Shown here piece by piece: positions 56,938 to 64,000 of a DNA stretch of 64,000 bases. The stretch is from Candidatus Sulfopaludibacter sp. SbA3 (GTDB taxonomy: Bacteria > Acidobacteriota > Terriglobia > Bryobacterales > Bryobacteraceae): the NCBI GenBank assembly GCA_945893365.1, contig CAMDED010000018.1, positions 3,359 through 67,358 on the forward strand, in the 5' to 3' direction. How positions within the stretch are numbered: position 1 is the stretch's first letter; every line of letters begins with the position of its first letter. The notes under the pieces were generated by a model. That model was not told the DNA's origin and ran no database searches. It worked only from the letters and a program-made list of their open reading frames with translations. Made by a program: the position numbers and the translations under genes.

Positions 56938-57734
56938 TCAACTCGCCAATCTCACTTCCTGCGGCGTTGCGTGCTCCTCGAGGAATCGAATGATCCGCGC
57001 CCGCAGCGTATAGTACGCCGGATGCTCCAGCACTTCGGCGCGCTGCCTGGGCCTGCGGAACGGTACGTCGATGATGTCCCCCACTCGCCCTCCCGGCCCG
57101 TCGGTCATCAGCACCAGCCGGTCCGCGAGGTAAAGCGCTTCGTCGATGTCGTGCGTCACCATCACCACGGTCTTCCGGCTCTGCTCCCAGGCTTCGAGCA
57201 ACGTGTCCTGCAGGTCGAAGCGGGTAAACGAATCGAGCATCGAAAACGGCTCATCCAAGAGCAGAAAACGCGGGTCGAGCGCCAGAGCCCTCGCAAGCGA
57301 CACGCGCTGCTGCGTGCCGATCGAGAGCTCCGCCGGATGCTGATCGAAGGCTTCGCCGACGCCCGCCAATTCCAGACACTTCCGCGCCTGCTTCTGGCGT
57401 TCCTGCCGCGTGTATTCGGGAAACGCCTGTCCCGTCGCGAGCGCGACATTGTCGACTGCGCTCAGCCAAGGCAGCAGACACGGAGCCTGGAACACGACGC
57501 CGCGGTCCGTTCCCGGTTCGTCGATTTCCTTTCCATCGATGCACACGCCGCCGAACGTTGCGCGCTGCAATCCGGCGATCATCGCGAGCACCGTCGATTT
57601 TCCGCAGCCGGAATGGCCAAGCAGACATACGAACTCGCCGGGCTCGACCTTCAGTTCGAAATCCCGCACCGCCACGTACGGACCGGACGCCGTCTGGAAG
57701 ATTTTCGTGAGGCTCGTGATTTCGAGTGGACGGT

Positions 57735-57738
<4 letters not shown>
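56938..57738 (-). CDS. nrtD: Nitrate/nitrite ABC transporter ATP-binding protein
   Basis: GHSGCGKST Walker A, a degenerate signature (LSIGTQQRV) and LLLDEPFS. It is the last gene of the nrt cluster. Confidence 0.8.
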
Positions 57739-58592
<854 letters not shown>

Positions 58593-58596
58593 CTCC

Positions 58597-59364
58597 CTAC
58601 GCCACTCGAAGCCGGGTTTCGAGCGCGCCCATGAGCTTGTCGAGCACGAAACCGACCACGCCGATCGTCAGGATGCACAACAGAATATGCGCGTAGATCA
58701 GGCTGTTGTATTCCTGCCAGAGAAATCCGCCGATACCCGGCGTGCCGGTCAGCATCTCGCTCGCGACGATCACCAGCCAGGCGATCCCAAGGCTCAATCG
58801 GTAGCCGGTGAAAATGTAGGGCAGGGTCGCCGGAACCAGCACCTTTGTAAACGTCTTGAACGGCGAGAGCCGCAGCACTTTCGCCACGTTCCAGTAGTCC
58901 TGTGGAATCGCGCGGACTCCCGACGCCGTGTTCAGCACGGTGGGCCACATGGAGCACAGCGCGATCGTAAACAGAGCCGCGGGCTCCGACTGCCGGAAGA
59001 GGATCAGGCCGAGCGGCAGCCAGGCGAGCGGCGAGATCGGACGAAGCACCTGAATCACCGGGTCGAGCATGCGGTGGAGCGTCTTCGACATTCCGATCAT
59101 GAAGCCCAATGGCGTTGCTAAGACAACTCCAAGCAGGAAACCTTTCGCCACGCGGATCAGGCTGTAGTACGCCAGAAGGCCGATGCCCTGATCCATTTCA
59201 CCGCGCTTCTCGAACGGCTGCAGGATGTAGACCTTGCTTTCCTCCCAGGTCCTCCAGGGTGAAGGCAGATCCTTCGAGACCAGGCTCACTCCCCACCACA
59301 GCAGCCCCACGGCCACGATGCCGAAACAGGGGAGCAGAAAATGATTCAAACGTTTCAGGAACAT
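58597..59364 (-). CDS. nrtB: Nitrate/nitrite ABC transporter permease
   Basis: A six-TM BPD-type permease of the NitT/TauT family. Confidence 0.85.
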   Translation of the reverse strand: MFLKRLNHFLLPCFGIVAVGLLWWGVSLVSKDLPSPWRTWEESKVYILQPFEKRGEMDQGIGLLAYYSLIRVAKGFLLGVVLATPLGFMIGMSKTLHRMLDPVIQVLRPISPLAWLPLGLILFRQSEPAALFTIALCSMWPTVLNTASGVRAIPQDYWNVAKVLRLSPFKTFTKVLVPATLPYIFTGYRLSLGIAWLVIVASEMLTGTPGIGGFLWQEYNSLIYAHILLCILTIGVVGFVLDKLMGALETRLRVA

Positions 59365-59376
59365 TATGTGTTTTCC

Positions 59377-60624
59377 TTACGCCGCAACCGAGTGGACCGG
59401 AAATGAGCGGGCGTATTTTTCAGGGTCCTTCGGATCGAACGTTCCGTCGAAGAGTTTAACGGGCTGCATGTCCGGCATCGCCGCGGCGACGCCCATTTCC
59501 TTCATCGCTTCGGCGTAGATATCGCCGCGCATGACGCGGTTGACGACGGCCTTGTAATCGGGCGCAGTCTTGACCATTCCCCATCGGCGGAACTGGCTGA
59601 GCCACCAGAGACCGAATGTCTTCGCGGGGTAGTTGCACGCCCGGTCGGAGAAGATCATGTAGTTCGGATCCTGCTCCACTCGTCCATCGCCGTAGTCGTA
59701 CTTGCCGAGCAAGCGCGCGAGAATGACGTCCTTCGGACAGTTGATGTAGGTGGGCCGGCTTACGATATCGGCCACATTCGGGCGATTTTCCATCTTGTCG
59801 ATGTAGACGCTCGAGAGATGCAGCGCTTTGAGAACCGCTTTCACGGTCTTCGGATTCCGGCCGGCGAACTCCTCGGTGAACGCGCAGACCTTCTCCGGAT
59901 GGTCGCGCCACATTTGCTGCGTGGTCACTACGGTAAAGCCGATACCGTCCTTGATCGCGCGGTAGTTCCAGGGTTCGCCGACGCAGTATCCGTCCATCTT
60001 TCCCACGTTCATGTTGGCCACCATCTGCGGAGGCGGAATGGTGACGAGGCTGACGTCCTTGTCCGGGTGGATGCCGCCCGAGGCAAGCCAGTAGCGCATC
60101 CACATGGCGTGCGTGCCCGTCGGAAACGTCATGGCAAACGTCAAAGTCTTGCCGGCAGCCTTGGCCTTCTCCGCGAGCGGCTTCACGTCCTTCGCGGTCT
60201 TCACCCCGGCCTTTTTCAACTCGTTGTTCAGCGTGATCGCCTGGCCATTGCGATTGAGCAGCCACGGGATTACCATCGGTTTCACCGGCGAGCCGGCGAG
60301 TCCCATGGTGGAGGCGAGCGGCATGCCGATCAGCATGTGCGTGGCCTGATTCTCGCCCAGGCTGAGCTTGTCGCGGATGACGGCCCACGACGCTTCTTTC
60401 GAGACCACCGAATCGATCCCGAATTTCTTAAAGTAACCGAGCTCGTGCGCCATCACGATGGAGGAGCAGTCGGTGAGCGCGATCATTCCGAAACGCACCT
60501 GTTTGGTTTCGGGGGAATCGTCGGCGTAGGCGCCGCCAACCCATCCGGCGGGAAGCCCCGTCATCAGGCCCGCGATCGCGGTCTGCCCGCCGCGGGCAAG
60601 AACTTGTCTTCGAGTGAGGTTCAT
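59377..60624 (-). CDS. nrtA: Tat-signalled nitrate/nitrite ABC transporter substrate-binding protein (NrtA/CmpA family)
   Basis: TRRQVLARGG signal and NrtA/CmpA-like blocks (FGMIALTDC, HMLIGMPL, GYCVGEPWN). Confidence 0.85.
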   Translation of the reverse strand: MNLTRRQVLARGGQTAIAGLMTGLPAGWVGGAYADDSPETKQVRFGMIALTDCSSIVMAHELGYFKKFGIDSVVSKEASWAVIRDKLSLGENQATHMLIGMPLASTMGLAGSPVKPMVIPWLLNRNGQAITLNNELKKAGVKTAKDVKPLAEKAKAAGKTLTFAMTFPTGTHAMWMRYWLASGGIHPDKDVSLVTIPPPQMVANMNVGKMDGYCVGEPWNYRAIKDGIGFTVVTTQQMWRDHPEKVCAFTEEFAGRNPKTVKAVLKALHLSSVYIDKMENRPNVADIVSRPTYINCPKDVILARLLGKYDYGDGRVEQDPNYMIFSDRACNYPAKTFGLWWLSQFRRWGMVKTAPDYKAVVNRVMRGDIYAEAMKEMGVAAAMPDMQPVKLFDGTFDPKDPEKYARSFPVHSVAA

Positions 60625-60654
60625 GTTGGTCTTCTCAGTTGCACGTTCACGCCG

Positions 60655-60981
60655 TTATGCGGCGCATGCATTCGCCGGAATGTCGATGCAGATGATGTCT
60701 CCGACGGTTTCGACCGGATAAGTCATCACGCACGCGTCCGATTGAGGCTTCTTCACCGCCCCGCTTTCGAGGCACACTTTCCAGGCATGCAGCGGGCACA
60801 CCACGGTCTTGCCCGATATGATGCCTTCGGCGAGCGGGCCGCCGTTATGCGGACAGCGGTTCTCCACTGCCAGGAAGCGGTTGCCCAGATTGAAGATGGC
60901 GATATCGCGATCTCCTACACGCACGCTGCGCCCTTCGCGCAATGGAATGTTTTCCGTGTTCGTAATCCGAATCCAACTCAT
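60655..60981 (-). CDS. nirD: Nitrite reductase small subunit (Rieske-like)
   Basis: 108 aa with CPHNGGPL ... CPLHAWK. The ATG overlaps the nirB stop (ATGA). Confidence 0.85.
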   Translation of the reverse strand: MSWIRITNTENIPLREGRSVRVGDRDIAIFNLGNRFLAVENRCPHNGGPLAEGIISGKTVVCPLHAWKVCLESGAVKKPQSDACVMTYPVETVGDIICIDIPANACAA

Positions 60982-63419
60982 ACCGGCGCTCCTTGAAACT
61001 GCTCCGGCGGGAAATATCCCGGCGGAGAATGCATCGCTTCGATCTGAACGAACTGCGTTGGATTTACGGGGCTCGCGCCTTCCTGCCACGCGTCGTAAGA
61101 GATCGCCTTCGACTTCCGCAGACGGTCGAGAAGCCCCTTTTTCGCGGGATCGAGCGCGTATACGGTCTCCTTGCGAATCTTCTCCATGCCGATGCGTTCC
61201 ACGAAATCGTATGTCCGCTCGAGGTAATTTCCGTGTTCCCGGTAATACTGGAAGAACAGCTCGGCGGCTTCGAGCGCCTGCTCCGTGCTCTCGACCGTAA
61301 TCAGCAGGTCCGCCTTCCTCACGCTCTTTCCGGCCGCCCCTCCCACCACCACCTGCCAGCTTCCTTCCTGTCCCACGAGTCCGATGTCCTTTACCGTGGC
61401 CTCGGCGCAGTTTCGCGGACAGCCCACCGTCGCCATCTTCACTTTGTGCGGCGTGAACAGATTTTCCAGGCGCCGTTCGAGCTCGACGCCCGCCCCGATT
61501 GCGTCCTGCGTTCCGAAGCGGCAGAACTCCGTGCCGACGCAGGTCTTCACCATGCGGACGCCCTTGGTGTAAGCCTGTCCGGAGGGCATTCCGAGATCCG
61601 CCCAGATCTTCGGCAGGTCGGATTTCCTGACGCCCAGCAGGTCGATGCGCTGGCTGCCGGTGATCTTGACGAGCGGCACCTTGTACTTGTCGGCCACGTC
61701 GGCGATCTTGCGCAATTCGGCCGGAGAAGTAACGCCGCCGCGGATGCGGGGCACCACCGAGAACGTTCCATCCTTCTGAATGTTGGCGTGCACGCGGTCG
61801 TTTATGAAGCGCGCCGAGCGGTCCTCCTCGTGATCGCCGCACCACACCACGTCCACCATGTAACTCAGGGCGGGTTTGCAGATCTCGCAGCCGACGCCGT
61901 TGCCGTAAATGTTCAGAATGTCCTGCACCGACTTCAGCCGCTGCGACCGGACGATCTCACGCAGGCTCTCCTGCGGGAACGGAACGCAGGCGCAGAGAAC
62001 CTTTCTGCCGTCTTCCTCGAAATCCGGCGCGACGGCCTTGAGGAGATGCTGGCAGAGCGTGGTGCAGCTCCCGCACCCGGTCGAAGCCTTGGTGCACTCC
62101 TTGAGTTGAGCGAGGGTGTTGAGACCTCTCGACTGAATGGCGTGGACGATCGCGCCTTTGGTGACGCCCATGCATCCGCAAACCGTGTCGCCTTCGGGAA
62201 TCTGCGCCACGTCCCGGCCGTCGTCGGAGGACGGCTCCGGAAACAGGAGACTGCGGCGCATCGGGCTGATGTCTGTGTCCGCGCGCAGCCACTCCATGTA
62301 CCGGTGGCTGTCGTTCACATCGCCCACCAGAATCACGGCTGCGAGCTTGTTGCCGCGGACCAGCAGCTTCTTGTAAATGCCGAGGGTGGGATCTTCGTAC
62401 TTCACGATTTCAGCGCCTTCGGCCGCGTTCGGGTCGCCCGCGGAGAAGACGTCGACACCCATGATCTTGAGTTTCGCCGCCTGCTTCGAACCCAAGTACA
62501 ATGGACCCCGGTTGCCGGTGATGGTCGCCGCCAACACCTTGCCCTGCTCGAACAGCGGCGCGACCAGGCCGTAGACGATGCCGTTGTGCTCGACGCATTC
62601 GCCGACCGCGAACACGTCGGGGTCCGACGTCTCCATGAAGTCGTTCACCACGATGCCACGGTTGATCGCAAGGCCCGCCTTGCGTCCCAACTCCACGTTC
62701 GGACGTATGCCCGCCGCCAACACGACCATGTCGGCCGGAAGCGACTCGCCATCTTTGAAGACGACGCCTTCCACGTGCCCGTTCCCGAGCAGAGCGGAGG
62801 TCGACTTGCCAAGCGCCACGCGAACGCCGAGCTGTTCGATCTGCTTCCTCAGGTATTCGCCGCCGGCGGGATCGAGCTGCCGCTCCATCAGCGAGTCCAT
62901 CAGGTGGACGACAGTCACGTCGCAGCCTCGCACCTGCAAACCGCGCGCGGCCTCAAGCCCAAGCAATCCGCCGCCGATCACCACGGCCTTCGTCCCTTCC
63001 TGAGCGCGATCGAGAATGTTCCTCGTATCGTCGAGATTGCGGAACGCGAAAACGCCTTTCTTATCGACGCCGGGGATGGGCGGAATGAACGCCGAGCTTC
63101 CGGTCGCGAGCAGCAGTTTGTCGTACCCGGTGACGCTGCCATCTTCGCCGGTCACGGTTTTGGCGATGGCGTCGACCGCCGAGATTCTCACGCCGAGGCG
63201 CAGCAGGATGCCATTGTTCCGATACCACTCAAGCCCGTTCAGCGTGATGTCGTCCATCTCCTTTTCGCCGGCCAGCACGGACGAAAGAAGAATGCGGTTG
63301 TAGTTGACGTGAGTTTCGTCGCCGAAGATCGTAATCTCGAATTTCGGAGCGTGTTTCAGAATTTGTTCGACGCAGGCCACGCCGGCCATGCCGTTTCCAA
63401 CTACGACCAGTCGTTCCAT
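60978..63419 (-). CDS. nirB: NAD(P)H-dependent nitrite reductase large subunit
   Basis: ATG at 63419 gives MERLVVVGNGMAGV (FAD fold). A second dinucleotide fold, a BFD-like 2Fe-2S Cys cluster and the sirohaem/4Fe-4S domain are present. Confidence 0.92.
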   Translation of the reverse strand: MERLVVVGNGMAGVACVEQILKHAPKFEITIFGDETHVNYNRILLSSVLAGEKEMDDITLNGLEWYRNNGILLRLGVRISAVDAIAKTVTGEDGSVTGYDKLLLATGSSAFIPPIPGVDKKGVFAFRNLDDTRNILDRAQEGTKAVVIGGGLLGLEAARGLQVRGCDVTVVHLMDSLMERQLDPAGGEYLRKQIEQLGVRVALGKSTSALLGNGHVEGVVFKDGESLPADMVVLAAGIRPNVELGRKAGLAINRGIVVNDFMETSDPDVFAVGECVEHNGIVYGLVAPLFEQGKVLAATITGNRGPLYLGSKQAAKLKIMGVDVFSAGDPNAAEGAEIVKYEDPTLGIYKKLLVRGNKLAAVILVGDVNDSHRYMEWLRADTDISPMRRSLLFPEPSSDDGRDVAQIPEGDTVCGCMGVTKGAIVHAIQSRGLNTLAQLKECTKASTGCGSCTTLCQHLLKAVAPDFEEDGRKVLCACVPFPQESLREIVRSQRLKSVQDILNIYGNGVGCEICKPALSYMVDVVWCGDHEEDRSARFINDRVHANIQKDGTFSVVPRIRGGVTSPAELRKIADVADKYKVPLVKITGSQRIDLLGVRKSDLPKIWADLGMPSGQAYTKGVRMVKTCVGTEFCRFGTQDAIGAGVELERRLENLFTPHKVKMATVGCPRNCAEATVKDIGLVGQEGSWQVVVGGAAGKSVRKADLLITVESTEQALEAAELFFQYYREHGNYLERTYDFVERIGMEKIRKETVYALDPAKKGLLDRLRKSKAISYDAWQEGASPVNPTQFVQIEAMHSPPGYFPPEQFQGAPV

Positions 63420-64000
63420 CAAAGTTCTCCCGCTTTTTCGACCCGCACCGCGCACTGCTTGTAATTCGGCTCGCGCGAAATTGGGTCGAACGCGCTTTGC
63501 GTCACCAGATTCGAACTCGTCTCGACGAAATGAAAGGGCATGAAGACCTGGCCGGGGGCCACGATTTCGGTAACGCGCAGCTCTACGGCGCGCACGCGGC
63601 TGCGCTTCGAAACGATGTCCACGCGTTCATGCGGCTTGAGGCCGAGGCGCTTCGCGTCGCGCGGATTCATTTCAAGCCACGCCCGCGGCGACATCTTTGC
63701 CAGAATAGGCACCTCGCCGGTCTTCGTGCGCGTGTGCCAGTGTTCCACCGTGCGGCCTGTGTTGAGGATGAACGGGAACCCGCTTCCGGGCTGCTCGGGG
63801 AAAGGCTCGCATTCGATGCCGAAGAGCCGTGTTCTGCCATCGTCCGTTTGAAACTTGCCGTCCGAATAGAGCCGCTTGGTATCGAAGCTGGTTTCGCCGG
63901 CGCGAAACGGCCACTGGAGACCGCCGTGCTCTTCAATCAATTCGTAGGTCATGCCGGAGTAGTCGCAAAGCCTTCCGGCCGAGACGCGCTTCCACTCTTC
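63419..64000 (-). CDS. nasA: Assimilatory nitrate reductase catalytic subunit, C-terminal molybdopterin-binding part (N-terminus outside window)
   Basis: Molydop_binding-type C-terminus (FILNTGRTVEHWHTRTKTG, GQVFMPFHF, DPISREPNYK). Its stop overlaps the nirB start by 1 nt. Confidence 0.85.
   Translation of the reverse strand, partial: EEWKRVSAGRLCDYSGMTYELIEEHGGLQWPFRAGETSFDTKRLYSDGKFQTDDGRTRLFGIECEPFPEQPGSGFPFILNTGRTVEHWHTRTKTGEVPILAKMSPRAWLEMNPRDAKRLGLKPHERVDIVSKRSRVRAVELRVTEIVAPGQVFMPFHFVETSSNLVTQSAFDPISREPNYKQCAVRVEKAGEL

Noticed and set aside
60993-63464. 823-aa ORF antisense to nirB
   Set aside because: It is a shadow ORF opposite an unambiguous nirB gene and has no motifs. The same reasoning applies to the other long antisense or off-frame ORFs: 18466-19545, 19972-20820, 20606-21430, 26636-27622, 28796-29668, 29854-31173, 31183-32574, 33426-34499, 43971-44627, 45141-45803, 47806-48969, 50026-50739, 53178-54143, 55396-56682, 56971-58359, 59456-60388 and 59818-60996.

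Overview
High-GC bacterial chromosomal segment. Gene content suggests Acidobacteriota: CarboxypepD_reg-type TonB-dependent receptors, an acidobacterial-type VWA protein, a PEP-CTERM tail and many Tat/Sec-signalled hydrolases. This taxonomic guess is inference only. Most of the window is ordinary metabolism and housekeeping. It holds a leuABCD operon with a divergent LysR regulator, dnaB, lepB, an ABC-F ATPase, and a nasA-nirBD-nrtABCD nitrate assimilation operon on the minus strand. It also holds three TonB-dependent receptors (one cut by the window edge, one frameshifted), several secreted hydrolases and oxidoreductases, two ThuA-domain genes and three ankyrin-repeat genes. I found no rRNA, no complete tRNA, no CRISPR array, no intact transposase or integrase, and no recognisable multi-gene defence island. 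The items I would look at again are listed here. (1) A 635-nt ORF-free, strongly structured block lies between dnaB and a TonB-receptor gene, and its last ~220 nt begin like domain I of a group II intron. (2) An NfrB-like glycosyltransferase carries a C-terminal tandem MshEN c-di-GMP-binding motif but has no visible export partner. (3) A small overlapping two-gene cassette encodes a TM/half-trypsin-protease protein and a ChaC/GGCT-like protein. (4) A related 28-nt stem-loop recurs in two 5' regions. (5) Decayed accessory patches contain an IS4-type transposase tail, an orphan PEP-CTERM tail, a DUF433 remnant and a 26-bp perfect palindrome. (6) Two genes are broken by single-base insertions in purine runs. 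All coordinates, start-codon choices and family calls were made by eye from the sequence and the ORF track. No search or folding program was run.
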